The notes: generated by a model from the letters alone, not told the origin. DNA of 63,792 nt, filler included, from Choristocarpus tenellus KU-1152 (GCA_964200185.2; 11 parts of 11 records of this genome joined end to end with filler, not necessarily neighbours in it); one strand, 5' to 3'. Shown: positions 40,318 to 54,569, counted from the first letter of the whole stretch. Program-made: numbers and translations.

Positions 40318-40430
40318 TCCCCCCCCCCCCNNNNNNNNNNNNNNNNNNNNNNNNNNNNNNNNNNNNNNNNNNNNTTAATTAATTAANNNNNNNNNNNNNN
40401 NNNNNNNNNNNNNNNNNNNNNNNNNNNNNN

Positions 40431-40624
40431 TGATGTAATTTTGGCTATCGTGTTTGTTAGGAAGTGTCAATATCCATGTTCTGGACATATATTTTCATAA
40501 TGTATACATTTTACCTACTCCGAAACATTTTAGAGTAGGAAAATGCCAAAAAAAAAAACGTGGGAAGTCAAGCCTCTAACGGACAAATAGGGTAAAACTC
40601 GTACCCTCTAAGATACTTTCACTC
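40431..40624 (+). mobile_element. MITE family A, right part (truncated by linker)
   Basis: Matches the family consensus; ends TACCCTCTAAGATACTTTCACTC. Confidence 0.88.
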
Positions 40625-41609
40625 TAATGCACTGGCTATTGTCCGAGTTTATTCCAGCGAATTCAACCGAAATTAACCGAAATTGGAACAGGGTTGCAGT
40701 GATGTATGTAGAGAGTAATCTGACAGCTGATCCGAAATAGGATTCCACGATCCTAATCCATTCACCGCAAGATCCTTCTATCGAATACTACGTGGCGACA
40801 CCCTCGATATGCACGTGTAAGGGCTCTGATGCAATTGTAACTTTTTTGATAAGGTTCGTATCGCGTCGCAACACGATCCCGATTAAGCTCGCGCGTTACG
40901 ACCACAACGCGCGCGCAGCTTCGTCAAAAACCACGGTTACCTCACTTTATAAAATTAATGACTTCTGCCGAGCGGCAACACATACCAAAATTCTACGTTC
41001 CAAAATTGCCCTATGCGTTTCAAACTGGTGCATCATTCATGCTTTCACTTTCGTGTTTCAACTTCATGTTTTCCTGCTTTCCATGCTTGTTCCAAATCGG
41101 TGCACACCACCCCCAACCGTGTTTGCCATGCTTTCGAAAGTGATGGCTTTTGCCGTCCGACAAAGCACATCAAATTACTTCGTCACTGTCTAGCCTATGT
41201 CAAACAAAACCGGTGCGTAGTTGGCCTCCCCACATCTAACCCAGGTTAGTGTATAATCCCTTCCTCTGTGTACGAAATTGGTGCGTTCTTGCATTCCATA
41301 TTCCTTCTGAGTCGGTGGGGTTTGCCGTTTGACACATGTTCGCAATTCACAGTCTCCATGAAAAACGCTGGACCGTCTTCTTGACGACAATAGTGCTTCG
41401 CCCATTTGATCAAATGTTTGCCTAGCCCACGCATGAACACGAACCCCGCACTCGCTATCAATCCCGTCATCATCGATCACATCCTTTGCCACTGTTTCTG
41501 CAACGATACCCTTGCTGTCGTTGCCCAACAATAGTATTCGTCCCTGCGTTGATATCCTTTTCATTTGCTGATACTGTTACCATAAAATATCACCCTCTCT
41601 ACAACCATA

Positions 41610-44600
41610 GGCAGCCATCCGGGAGTCCCAAATATTCTGAGGAGGAAAAGATGACAGAGTTGATCATGACAACCCTCAGTGTGACCCGTACGGTCGACCT
41701 CGCCACATCTGCTTTCGTGTCCCAAAGGTACAATGCCAATCTCCTTGATAAGGGGAGGGGGTAGAGTCAATATTTCAAAATCTGGGGCCAGACACACAAA
41801 ATGCTGCCGACAAGCTCGAGGCGATCCCAAGTGCACAGCCTTTCTCTTTGTGCTCGCGGTGGAAGATGATCCATAAGTTCAAGGCCGACCTGCGCAGAGA
41901 AAAGGTCCCCTCTGATGTCCCCGACAGTGAACTGCTCGCGCACTACATTGGGTACAGCTACATAGAAGTAGATGAGGATGGCGATGATAGGGATCCGCAC
42001 AATGAGGATAACGTCTTATTTTTCTTGAATGGACAGCATAGGATCATGCTGTTCAGCCCATGTCACAACGCGATGGGCCTCAGACGTCGGAACGACCCTT
42101 CAGAGAAGAAAAAAAAGGAGATTTCATTTGGAAGATATTTCCACAGTGCAGCCACGAGAAGGCTGAATCGATATCCATCTGAGAGGGGGTGGTGGCCAGC
42201 AAATCGCACGTGCCCAACGTCCTCGACATATTCCAAAGGATGGTGTGTTGGGTTAGAGCCATTATGGAGTATAAGCGTGATTTCAAATATATCAGGTCCC
42301 GCCCCTACCTGCAGGATACAGGTGAGGACTCCAAGCGTTACACGCGCATGACGACATTGGTAACCCAATGCAATCAATATTGTCAGGAAGACATAGACGT
42401 CCGGAGTGCACACACCGCACATTCTACATGGCAATAAAAAGGAGGGTTGCTGCGAAAATCAAATGCTTCCTCACAGAAGCCTGGGAGGACATTGACCTGG
42501 AAATGGAATCAAGAAAGTCAGCGACCAGACCTCCATCCAATTCCGCAACTCGATCGCCACCCTTGCTCAGATATGCTCAGAAGAAGGTACGGTTCTCGCG
42601 ACTCTTTCCCAGGAAATTATTCGTAAAATGATTATGAAACATCGCTTACTTATCACTTACTTTTGTCACCCATATTTATCTAACCCTAAGGCATCGACAA
42701 TCCATCACTCCCAATCGCTTCCTTCCCCTCACTATGTTCAACCAGAAACGAAAGAGCTGGAGGACCTCCTTCTCGGTGTCTGGAGAGAGCACAAGAAGCG
42801 CGACGGCTCCAGTGTAAGTGCAGTGCAGCCATCAAAATATTAAAAAATCTAATGTCCCATCAGTAACGATCCAACAACACCGCACCAACTCCTAGCTTGA
42901 CAGACTGAACTTGGGTAGCCGGTTTTTAAATATGTATCGCCATCACCAATATGAGATACGCAACCAACCAACATACCCACTCTCATTCCCACGTTCTTCT
43001 GTCCTATCATGTGACCTTCTCCTCTGCGCACCCAACGCGCCTCCGACTAGGACAAGTTCGACTTTAGGGCGGTTCAAATGTTCACTGTGCTGCTGTGGTA
43101 CGCCAACCTGAATGTCGCCATTGAATCCCTCAAGAACAGCGGGGGGTTCACCCACGTCTACAGGAATCAGGTGGGGTGCACATCCCCAGCACGTTCTCGC
43201 GCATCGAACCCTAAGCCCATGTGGTTATGCTGCGCAACATACTTGCCTCCTCAACAATACCTTCTTCGGTCGATATGTTCTTAACCCTAAATCCTTCACA
43301 TCCTCACAGCACGTTCTTTCCCGGGTTCCGATTGGAACATGTTCGTCCATCTATACCTGTAGCTTACCACCGACATCGGGGTGCAGCACTTTGCAAGAAT
43401 GTGCACTAATGTCCCGGCTGGAACCGAACAATATATCCTCAGAGGGGAGACCCCTCAAGGCCATCACTGGAGCGACATTGTGGAAGTGTGGCTGCGCATG
43501 TCTTCTCCCATGAGGCAGCCAGGAGACTACCGATAGACATGCTCTCTCTCTCATATGGTCGGCACGGAGACATTTCCAGAGGAATGGGTAAGTTAAGCTT
43601 TGATTGTAACGATTCACCTATTATATATATATGTATGTGCATAGACCCCCTACTGACGCTACAACATTTCTCGTCAAGTTTGTGCCTCGCAAGGCAGATA
43701 CCCATGGCATACACGTTATGTGCCCCTCCACTCTCTATGCACACCTCCATGACAGTTCTCGACCACTCTAACCCTAAGAGGCGTCCGGAACAATCGACCC
43801 CGGGGTGACCTGGACGAAGAAAAACAAAGAGGACAAGAGGAAAGGGGAAGAAGAACAGACCAAAGGAGGACGATCCGAACTCTACGTTTGCCGCTCAGGC
43901 CAAGGAAGAATGGGCATCACAACCTGTGAAAATGAAAATGGCGTATGTGAGGAGAATACACGCCAAGGATGTCCTCATCAAAGGGGCTGTCCTGGAGGTC
44001 ACTGTGCAGGTCATGAACGACCTCAAGAGGAAAGACGAGCTCGGGATCGACACCTACGCCAATGACTCCTCGGCCGAGTCTTCAGAAGAGCCTGCTCCAA
44101 AGAAACGATATATCCTGACCAAAGAGGTGCTCGAGGGAGTGTCAGGTTTATCCTCTCGTCTGCCGATCGTACTAGCATTCGTAAGATGTCACTTCACAAC
44201 AACCGCCCTGAACCTGCACATTAATTTTACCCCATCAAATTGAAAGGTGCAAAGGGACCTCGTCTTGCGGGATGCGGAGAGGGGCGATCTGTTCCTCGAC
44301 ATGATCAAATACTCCGAGGGTGTCACCCTAAACGCCAGTGGCAAACACGAAGGCAAGCAAGTACAACATCATATTACATCGCCATATGTGAACATCACAC
44401 ATCCTTCCCTACCCTAAAGACACGGTCTCGACGCTCACACGCCTTACCAACCTTGGACAATTACACATTGTAAATTAACTCAGGGTTCTTGTGTGTTACA
44501 TGTTCCGAAGATGCTCGTCTAACAGATTTATTCATCCTTTTGGTGTGTTGTGTCCATTGTTACACAACACAGCACACATCTGTAAATTATGTCATGGTTT

Positions 44601-45050
44601 ATGTCGTATAGTTCTGCCCCACCTCCTCTTCATCCATGTGACATGCCTTGCTTGTCTTCCAAAATTTTTGGGCTCGAAAAATCGGCCTAAATATATAATA
44701 CCACTCTAACACCTTTCCTTCCTCCTTTCCTCAGCCCTTGCCTCGTCCTTTGCTTCGTCCTTTGCCTCCTCGTGCACCATTACAGAAGTCAGTCGAGTCA
44801 CAAGCATTCTCATTACGTCGGATAATAACGCCAAGTCCGAGCATTTGTCATCGTTATTACATGCACTGCCCTCGGCAACAATCACGATCCGTATCGTATC
44901 CAACTCCTGATCGACAACCTCTCCAACTTTTGCAATTTTGCACTCCCCAAGACACCTGTAGAGGGTGGCATATCCACGCCTGAAGACAGCGGAGGACCCG
45001 ACCTTAATAGTGATAACGAGGAACAGGAGATGCCATCGCCTAACCCAACA
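41610..45050 (+). pseudogene. Decayed multi-exon gene of unknown function with a ParB/DGQHR-like motif
   Basis: GC-rich exon-like blocks (~41610-42587, 42744-42813, 43051-43170, 43443-43587, 43755-44138, 44248-44352, 44786-45050) bounded by AG/GT(GC) sites, with CTAAC-containing introns; in-frame stops and frameshifts; VLFFLNGQHRIM at ~42015-42050. Confidence 0.55.
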
Positions 45051-45131
45051 GTAGGTGTGAGGAGCGGGACACACCATGGGGTATTTGATGACATTTTCCT
45101 ACTCCAAGATGTTTCGGAGTAGGTAAATTGT

Positions 45132-45389
45132 GAGTGAAAGTATCTTAGAGGGTACGAGTTTTGCCCTCTTTGTCCGTTTGGGGCTTGACTTCCCATGTTT
45201 TTTCATGACATTTTGCTAATCCAAAATGTTTAGGAGTAGGAAAAATGTATACATAATGAAAAGGTGTGTCCGAAATGTAGATATTGACACTTCTTAAACA
45301 AACGCGATGCCCAAAATTACATAAAAATCCAGAGCATGGATTTTGAACCCCAAATGGACGCGGCTCTACCCTTTATGATACTTTTGCTC
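45132..45389 (-). mobile_element. MITE family A nested in another family A copy (~45074-45525), TSD TTGT
   Basis: TTGT-GAGTGAAAGTATCTTAGAGGG ... CTTTATGATACTTTTGCTC-TTGT; the host sequence continues colinearly on both sides. Confidence 0.9.
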
Positions 45390-47455
45390 TTGTATACGTT
45401 ATGAAAATATGAATTGCAGAACATGGATATTGACACTTCCTAACAAACACGAAGGCAAAAATTACATCGTAATCGCAACATTGGATTTTGAACCCCAAAT
45501 GGACGCGACTCTACCCTATAAAATACCCAGGGGTCAAAGTATCTGGGGGAGGGGTGTCGGCGTCCTTTTTTCACCTTTTTTTCGATTTTCACTTTTTTGG
45601 TGTGATTTGGTCGCACGTGTCGGATTTCAAATGTCACCAAACAAAACGGATGTTTGACCTAACCGAACCCCTCCCACCNNNNNNNNNNNNNNNNNNNNNN
45701 NNNNNNNNNNNNNNNNNNNNNNTTAATTAATTAANNNNNNNNNNNNNNNNNNNNNNNNNNNNNNNNNNNNNNNNNNNNAAAAAGGTGAACAACGACCGCC
45801 GACCCCCCCCCCCCCCCAGATACTTTGACCCCTCACTTCCTTTCTATGCCTCATATCTGGTGGTTCTCATCGCCCCCCATCATACAGAACCTTGACGCAT
45901 ATCAGTATTAATAATCTAATTACAATGGTAATGGTGATAGTAACAAAAGTAACCGAAGCGGTAGCAATGATATTTGGAGTTAGGGGGATGATGTTGGGAT
46001 TCGGGCTCCTGTACCTGCCTTCTGATATATGGTGTGCTCCTAGCACTCTAAAATGGTGATTTCGCACTTCTGTGCAGTAACATTTTGTCTCCTCCCGTAC
46101 ACCCATAGCCTCCTCAAAGGGGATAATGCTGCATTTCACGCACTGAAATGGGGTATCACCCGATGACTGGATGAGTTTAAAACTCCTAAATTCTCCTCAA
46201 GACCCGAATAACAAATTAGATCCCCATCTAAGATATGATTATCCTGATTATTTTGATACTCGGGCTCATTGGACCTTGAATTCCAATATGTTGGGTCAGA
46301 TGCTAAAAAGGTTAGTATTGCAGGATCAGCTCAGTCCAGGTGCTACTTTCTGCAGCTCACTCTTCACCTCTGTAGATGGATGGTGGAGTTAGGATTTTCT
46401 AAGCTGCTCAGCATAGGGAGTTTGGTGACATTTATGCCTTGCCCACTTGTGACCCTGCCTACCTTGGGGGGCCATGCCCTCACACTGGGCCTTACTATTG
46501 GCAGACTTTCTGATGTTCACCATAAACATATACTTTCCCCAAGTCCTCCATGCCAATAATATTATTATCGGCAGCACTCAGGTAACCATCATCATCCTAG
46601 GAGTGCCCCGTTTACATTTTTTTGTGGAGGGTATCTTGATTGAATCTTGCCAAGGAGGTGGGTCCTTTCCAGGTTGGCACTGCAACTCTACTTCGCTCTA
46701 GTGCGCAGTCTTCTTCTGGTAATAGGGTGGATACAGAACCCTCTCTACGTAGTGGTTTCACAACCTTCTGGTCTCCAGATTCAGCTCTTGCTCCAATTGG
46801 CCTCTACAAGGTGGGAAACAATTATCACTCTCTCCTTGCCCCATATCAGAATCGGTGATGTATGAGTAGGGTCAAGCCTAGTACAAGGATCAGTGCCAGA
46901 ACGGGGCTACTGCATGGACATAGATTCTTCCTCTGCAAACATTAACAATAATAGTGATGATTCTCCTGCTGAGGTGAACGGGAAAATGTTATGCATGAGC
47001 AGAGGATGGCAATTTTTTCGCGAACTGTGCGAGTAACTGCCGCTTTGTTCCTTCTTTTTTCAGTGCTCAACTATGTATAGGAAAAGCTGTCACTTGTATG
47101 CCCATTCGTATGCATGTTCTACTATGTGGGAAAACAGTGGATGGATGGGGAAATCCATCCACCATTAATTGGGTTGAGGCTGGTTGTAGTCACCTCTAGT
47201 TCTGGAGATTGCAAGGTATAACAAGAATTAGAGGACAGGGGTCCCTTCACTGGTGAGTGGTACCTCGAGTTAATGACAGGGCTGCTCTTGAGAGTGGTAC
47301 CCTCCTTTTTAACACGCATCTATAAAATATAGGGAGAATATTCGAAGGTTGATATAATCATGATGTTCCACTGGAACTCTACCTCCCACTACACCATAGA
47401 GCTTCTAGGAAGAGTCTTAAAGGGCCACAGTCCACAGGATAACTCAATATGATGA

Positions 47456-47634
47456 GGCTCAAAGTATCTGGGGGCGGTGGCTGCTGTCCATTTGGGGTCA
47501 ATTTCTTCATATCGCAATTTTTTTTGTGATTTGGTTGCATATGTCGGATGGATAATATAAATTCACTTTTCCTGATTTTGGTCCATATGGACACCCTGGT
47601 TTAGACCCCACCCCCCTCCCACATACTTTGGGTC
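47456..47634 (+). mobile_element. MITE family B, full copy, TSD ATGA
   Basis: ATGA-GGCTCAAAGTATCTGGGGG ... CCCACATACTTTGGGTC-ATGA. Confidence 0.9.
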
Positions 47635-50600
47635 ATGAATCTCACAATCCTATGACTACTGCAAGTGACTACACGCTGCATCCTTTTATTCCTGTTGTCA
47701 AGCCTATTATTGATGCTCTCTCTTTCCATATGTGGTTCCTAGCCTTGTTCCAGTATTGTTTTGAACATCATTACGGTAGTCTTGAGTTGGTTGGTGGGGT
47801 TGAATATTTGGTGAACCTGGGCCTGGACAATGTAGGCTCATTAGAAACCAGAGCTGATATTCACGTGAGAAAAAAATATATTGGTAAACCTTGTTCTCGA
47901 TTCACAACAATTAACTTGTCCATCAATAGTAAAGATACACAATGACCGAAAATAATATCAATGTGCTCTCTTCACTTCTTTTTTTTATCATTTTGTATTT
48001 CTGTATTTGTATATGTCCCTTAGACTGACGTGTGGTGCATATATATATAAAATATATATATATATATTTTCCTGCATTTTTCTCATAACATTCTCTTGTG
48101 AGTTAGATCCCCGCACCTTGCTTTGTAATAGTTTCTTTACGTTATATTAACAGAAATCCACCCGTCTCCAGAGAGGTACACAATGTCGTGAGTGCGTAAC
48201 AGTGAGGGGGTTGTTGAGAGGGAAAGAGGGAAATTTTGCCAGCTTGTAGCTACTTCCACTCCAGCAGCTCTAGGTGGAAAGGCACAGGGGGGTGATTGTG
48301 CCTGGGTAAGACCTTGGGGCCTGTGCCTGGCGGAAAATCATATTTAATGCCTGCCACTAAACAGCCACAGTGGTGGAGCAGCATCAGGAGGAAATGCACA
48401 GGGGGGTGGGGGGTGGTTTGTGCCTGGAGAACAAGAGGAGGAGCTCCACAGGCTTGTAGCTCCAGCGCTCCAGCAGTGCCAAGAGGAATAGTGCAGGGAG
48501 GGACTGTGACCGGGTAGGGGGGATTGCTATGCCTAGATTGAAGGGATGAGTTGTGGTGAGGTGTGTGTATATGTGTGTGTGTGTGTTTGCTTATGCAAAT
48601 TTTGATGATTGAGGCAATAATGTACATGTGCAGCTATAGGAACTTCGTGTAACTTCAACCTTGGAAGTGTCTCACAGGGAATAAATGAATGACAATAGAA
48701 TCGCAGACTAGAGTCCTCCCAGACAGCAAAAAAGCAAATCAGATTATGCGATGATCTTCCCCTCAGTCACGATTTAACAGGGAAATGTTGGAATACAGGT
48801 TGACGTTCGGTTTAGGGTTATTAAGGAAGGGTGTGTGTGTCGTACAATAGTTACAATTATCCACTGCTTCACGTCCAATAACAACTACTACTTTGAAGTA
48901 GTATCCTCTAATACATCGGTTCTGCCATACATACCTGCTCACACCAATCTCCGTTGGGGTTCCTTCACACTCAACCATCTAAAAAATGAAAAGAGAACTC
49001 AAATGGTGTGCTCCATCCCACCCTGAAAAGGTCATCAATGCACGGTGTACTACCTTCGAGATACCTACCTACTGACTAACTCACAGAAATCGAGTCAGGG
49101 ACCCTTCACAGCAGTGGGTGTAAAATTGTTATACAAAAAAAACAAAATCGAAAGCAGTACGGTCTGCCTTGCCCCAGACACTGCTCTTGTGCGATTTGCA
49201 GCTTTACAATAAATGCAATGAGCCTAGCTACGCATACGCAACAGGCCCAACATTTTTGTGGGGTCTACTACAATCTTGTATCTAGCACACATAAAATGAA
49301 GACAGCGCTTCCAGATGATGAGAGCTGTTGTGGAAGAGGTCAGGATTAGGTATGCTTGAAAATGGTGACTGCTGTGGATCGTGAGGAATTGGGTACAAGG
49401 ACAGAAGGATATGATAGTTGGGAGTGACACAGTCACAGGTACTAGCGCTATATCCTTTGTGGTGCTAGGGAATTAGATTCGATGGCCCATTGACAAGCGC
49501 TCTTGTTTTGACTGTTGCATGCGTAGAGACACAAACGGAGCTACACAATCTCATATTGCTGATGACTTTCACAAGAAACTGTCACCTAGATTATTCTTTG
49601 TTATTAACGTTGTGCCCTTGATAAAACTTATTTGCTTATCCTAGACCGAGATAGTATGTTCTATTTAATAACACTATGTACACCTTCGTTTCTAGTCATG
49701 ACCGAATTTATGTACGTAAGGGATGTATGTCTTAGTGGCACATGTTGCAACATCAGAAGCAAAAATTGATCATCAAAATTAGGAAAAACCTGAACTCCGT
49801 TATAAAAAGAGTTTTAAACACAGCTTGCTCAAACCCTCTCAGAAATTTGTGGCATGGCCGGCCTCTTCATACAAAAACACCCTTGGAGTCTCATCTTTTT
49901 GCCATGCCGGAGGGGATTTTCAGCACTAATGCGTTCCACCCACCCATCCTCAGTAGGGCGCCCGCACACCTGGGACTTGCAGGTTCTACATCTCGCTACT
50001 TGCTTCTCACTTTCATGACAGTCGAACCTACAACACCTCCTTAGTTCCCATTTGACGCAATAAAACCTGAAAATATGAATGAGGTCACTCTTGCCGCAAG
50101 CTGATGGAGGTCTTTTCGAGAGGGATGTACCTGCTCTCCTCCCATCAGCACACCTTTGTGTGCAGGTTGGAAATATGCACAATATATGTAACACTTGTGC
50201 AGTAAGAGGTCAATGGTGACCACTTTCATTATATAATGAAGATGTGTCAGCATCCCAAACCAGACATCTAAGATCATCATTCCATGTTCAAAACATATTC
50301 TTCCACATTCAAGGTGTTCCATGATGGGAGCAAGTAGCAAGAAGTAATTGTGAGACAACTTACTTCATTACCATCAGACTAACAGTCTGGAGTTAGTGCA
50401 AATAATTTTTACAGCAAGGATAAATGGATAATGTACATCAGCGTGTCAACAGTGACTTACACGTACGAGACAGCACCCTTTTAGTCGGAGATTAGTCTAG
50501 AGTTCTAGGGATACACCTGGATTTGGCTGCAATAAGTGGGGAACTATATAATTTCTACAGTAAATAGATCTGTTTTGGCCAATCATCATCTAGCAATATA

Positions 50601-51226
50601 TAATTGGTGTGTGGGGAAAAATGCTGGAATGTTATGAATAGGTGAAACATGGGAGAATTTCACCAACCTGCTTCGAGTAACAATGTTTAATCACACATTT
50701 TGTAATCCCTGTACAGGGCACAACCCCATCCAGTATTTTGTGACACGAGTGCATGGCTCTCGCGTCAACTTTGCGTACAACCTCTTTACTTCGCTAACTT
50801 TTCAGAACTATCCACAACATGACCACCTTCACAATACCCCTCCTTCCCATCCCCGTCCTCCAGACCCTTACCCTCATCCATATTGAGTTCTTCTGCATCA
50901 GCTGAAACCCTGCACGGTTCCCTCGAACAGTCTCCAAACGATGATCGTTAACATCATCTACAAATGCAGTCAGTATGTCAACACTTCAACTTTGTGTGTG
51001 TGTTGAAGTGCGAGATATACTTCCTACAAGTAGACATTACTTCTACTTCAACCAAGTCCCACTGATTCATTATCGACCCAACACATTCACACCAACATCC
51101 TCCTGTTTTCATGGTCCTCAAGTTCGACAAGACCCTGTCCTGTACCTACACTGTCAACATCATGATGCCTTTCATCCGTATCTTGGCAATCATCACTCAC
51201 TCTGTCCAGAAACTATTTAACCTAAT

Positions 51227-51421
51227 TCAAATTTCAGGCTTGGATTTCGTAACAGCCACTCCACTTTGCAACTTCTTAGAGGAGGTGTAATACATGTTGT
51301 CAAGGACAAAGAAATCTCGGGTAAATCTTCTGAAATACATCTGCTGTGAACATGCCAGGAAAACCCATTGAGGATCGGAAGTCCTTCTCCTCCCCACTGT
51401 TACCGAGGGATCAATTTCCAA
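51227..51421 (-). pseudogene. Possible Ty3/Gypsy RT-RNase H connection fragment
   Basis: EIDPS...VFLACSQQMYFRRFTRDFF loosely matches GIxxDP..FLGxxxYYRRFIxDFS. Confidence 0.35.
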
Positions 51422-52081
51422 AACGAGTACTCGGACCCAACCTTTCCGTAAATACGAACCGGGTTGGTGTCGAGAAGGCGTACACCGATAGAAAACTATC
51501 CCTTGGACTTCACCTCAAGAAACCAAGGATAGAGATTCCAGCTTTAGCAGGGCAATGTAGGGGGAGGGGGCCATCATACAAACANNNNNNNNNNNNNNNN
51601 NNNNNNNNNNNNNNNNNNNNNNNNNNNNTTAATTAATTAANNNNNNNNNNNNNNNNNNNNNNNNNNNNNNNNNNNNNNNNNNNNCTCTCCCCCTCAAGTG
51701 ATGACTTCAAAAGAGGATCAACGCATCACCAGTGGTAGGCTGCTGACGAGAGCGAACAAGAGTCTTGTCCCTCTCCGCAGCATAAAATCGTATTGGATAG
51801 CTAGCTGGTTGTGCGGATTGTATGCAGTAGGGACTGAGTCACTCCCTGTCACTATCCTAGCTGGTCTGTGCATGTACGTTCGTTTGGTTCTTGTAAATAT
51901 ATGAAATCCTGCATGTACTGCACAGCATTTTGCTCTCATCACCAACCTAATAGACTCAGGCAGAAAAACCATATCTTGATGGAAGGGAAGGAGCACACAC
52001 AATACACAATACATCATCAATGGTCGGTTCCAGGGCTTCCACTCTCTTTGCTGCTGTGGAGACAAGAGCAACAATACTATC

Positions 52082-52635
52082 GAGTGAAACTATCTTAGAG
52101 GGTACGAATTTTGTCCTGTTTTGTCCAGTTGGGGCTTGGCTTCCCTTGGGTTTTATTGACATTTTACCTATTCCAAAATGTTTCGGAGTAGGTAAAATGT
52201 ATACGTCATGAAAAGGAGTGTCCAGACAAGGATATTGACATCTCCTAAGAAACATGATAGTCAAAATTACACAAAATTGCAACATTGGATTTTGGTCCCC
52301 AAATGGACGCGGACGTACCCTCTAAGATACTTTGGCTCATTCAACACCACCTCTATGAGCCCATCCATCGCTAGAGAGCCAAATAATCTTAGAGGGCACA
52401 TCTGCGTCCATTTGGGGACCAAAATCCAATGTTGCAGTTTTGATGTAATTTTGACTATCGTGTTTGTTAGGAGATGTCAATATCCTTGTCTGAACACTCC
52501 TTTTCATAACGTATACATTTTACCTACTCCAAAACATTTTAGAGTCAGAAAATGTCATAAAAAAACCCATGGGAAGCCAAGCCCCACAAATGGACAAACA
52601 GGGAATATTTCGTACCCTCTAAGATAGTTTCACTC
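52082..52635. mobile_element. Inverted pair of MITE family A copies (52082-52338 and 52376-52635) with a 37-bp spacer
   Basis: Both copies complete and oppositely oriented; outer ends GAGTGAAACTATCTTAGAGGG / CCCTCTAAGATAGTTTCACTC. Confidence 0.9.
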
Positions 52636-54320
52636 AGACCCAACACAAGATGAAGGCGCAACAAGCAACACAAGGAGGCATCACATCTTAGAAGAGAGGG
52701 TCGTTGAGCATTTTTGGGATCCCTGTGACTGCCTTCTGCTTGTAGTGTACGTGCTTCTAGCGCCCTAAAGGGCGATTTTAAGCTGCTTATTATGCTAACC
52801 AACGTTTTGCCTTCTCTTTAACAGGCGTAGCCTCAATAGAGAGGTGAGCTTCATCTTAGGCATGGGAATGAGATGTGCCAAAGAACGTTTGAAGAAGCCC
52901 CGAGTACTCAAAGGGGCCTGAATAGACCCCCCTCTGATAAAGGGCGTATATTATATGATGATTCGACCTGTGTATGCGATGATCAAGGCACAATGAGCAA
53001 CCTCCCCTGGCCAACGCGCGAAATGTCGACACGTACATGTGCACAACAAGCAAGAAACCCCAAATTTGGATGTACGGCAGCACTGGAACAACAAGGTAGA
53101 GACGAAGCACAGATAGATAATGTGCGCATGTCTACTTAGATCGCCAACATTCTTGTCAAGCACTGGCGGAAAAAAAAGAACATTGCTCTCCCTACAATAT
53201 ACAAAAAATCCTCACATCGTGTGTAACCCTTTATACATGCTAGGCTAACGCAAGCACACTGCACTGACCTGGCTGTTGGCCAGAGCAAGCACATGAAATA
53301 CGCGCGGGGTGGGGATCGCATGTTAATACAAAGGTCACCTGTTGCCTGGCTGGATGAAAAACACTTGGTCCTGATATATATGTGTATGTGATGGTAGAAG
53401 AGGTATTAGTATGGCATCGTTAGTAGTGATACTACTATATGTAGAGTGGTTGTACATAGATTTCTAATATATATTTTCGGTTGAACCTGGTTCTTTTTGA
53501 CACTATGGGTGGAACCATAATGTTTTGGAATGGATTTACTATGAGCTGTCTACAGTCGGTCTTTTTGTGTTTTTTTTTGCATTCTCTTGAATGGTTCTTG
53601 TCCCCACATTGACACAATATTATCCCACAATGTCATTGGGCGTAAGAAAATGTTGATCACATAAATACTTCTACCACTACTTTACTCGATATACCGCCAC
53701 CATCGCTACCATCACTATTTCTATATTATATATATATGTTATATATATACAAGTAGTGGTGGAAAAGTCAACCAAAAAAATACTCTGGGAGATAGGTATT
53801 GACTATCGCATGGAATTCTGAAATACAGTATCCTTCCTCCTACTACTACACTACATACTAATTTTGAAGGTCTTAGTTGATGTTTCATATTTCTCGTTAT
53901 CATTGTTCTGTCTCGTGTTGCTATGAATTGCTACGATTAGATCCCGAATACAGGAAACCAAAATCCTACGGAGGAATTTCCTATTAGATTCGTTGTTTTT
54001 CGTGCGAATGACCTCTCCTACTACTATCGATCATTGGTGTGTGTGTGAATCGCCGCGTGCTGTGCTTTTTGATTATAGGTAGTACTACTATTGAGGACAT
54101 TGATTGTGAGACATTTAATTACTGTCTTAATTATTGCACTCATAATATCCAGCAATAATACTCGTCGTTTCATAGGACATCAATTTAACCATTTGAACTC
54201 TTCACAGAGCTACGTAATACCCTTCCCAAGTTACTTAGTATCCTGTACGGCACTGAATATTTCCAACGATACTGCTCCAGTGAAGGCACGCCAGGAAATG
54301 TTATGTCAGTCACAGCACAA

Positions 54321-54569
54321 AACAGCCGATTTCAAAAATTGAGGATGGAGCTTTTCATTGAGGATGGGCTTGACCTAAAATTGACTGGGATAAAGTGTCG
54401 ATATGTTAAATAATAATATTGGAGGATGGAACTTTTCATTGAGGATGATGGGCTTGACCCAAAATTGACTGGGATAAAGTGTCGATATGTTAAATAATAA
54501 TATTAAATATATAGATCACTACTTGTAACAGCCGATTTCAAAAATTGAGGATGGAGCTTTTCATTGAGG
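54321..54569. repeat. Complex tandem repeat at contig end; same family in reverse orientation at 61054-61082
   Basis: AACAGCCGATTTCAAAAATTGAGGATGG at ~54321 and ~54527, with an internal ~80-bp duplication; reverse complement at 61054. Confidence 0.85.

Noticed and set aside
48700-50400. Possible piggyBac transposase relic (NPLRHGKKM); similar hints at 55100-55300 and 57600-58300
   Set aside because: Resemblance too weak; no catalytic motif or TTAA-bounded TIRs could be established.
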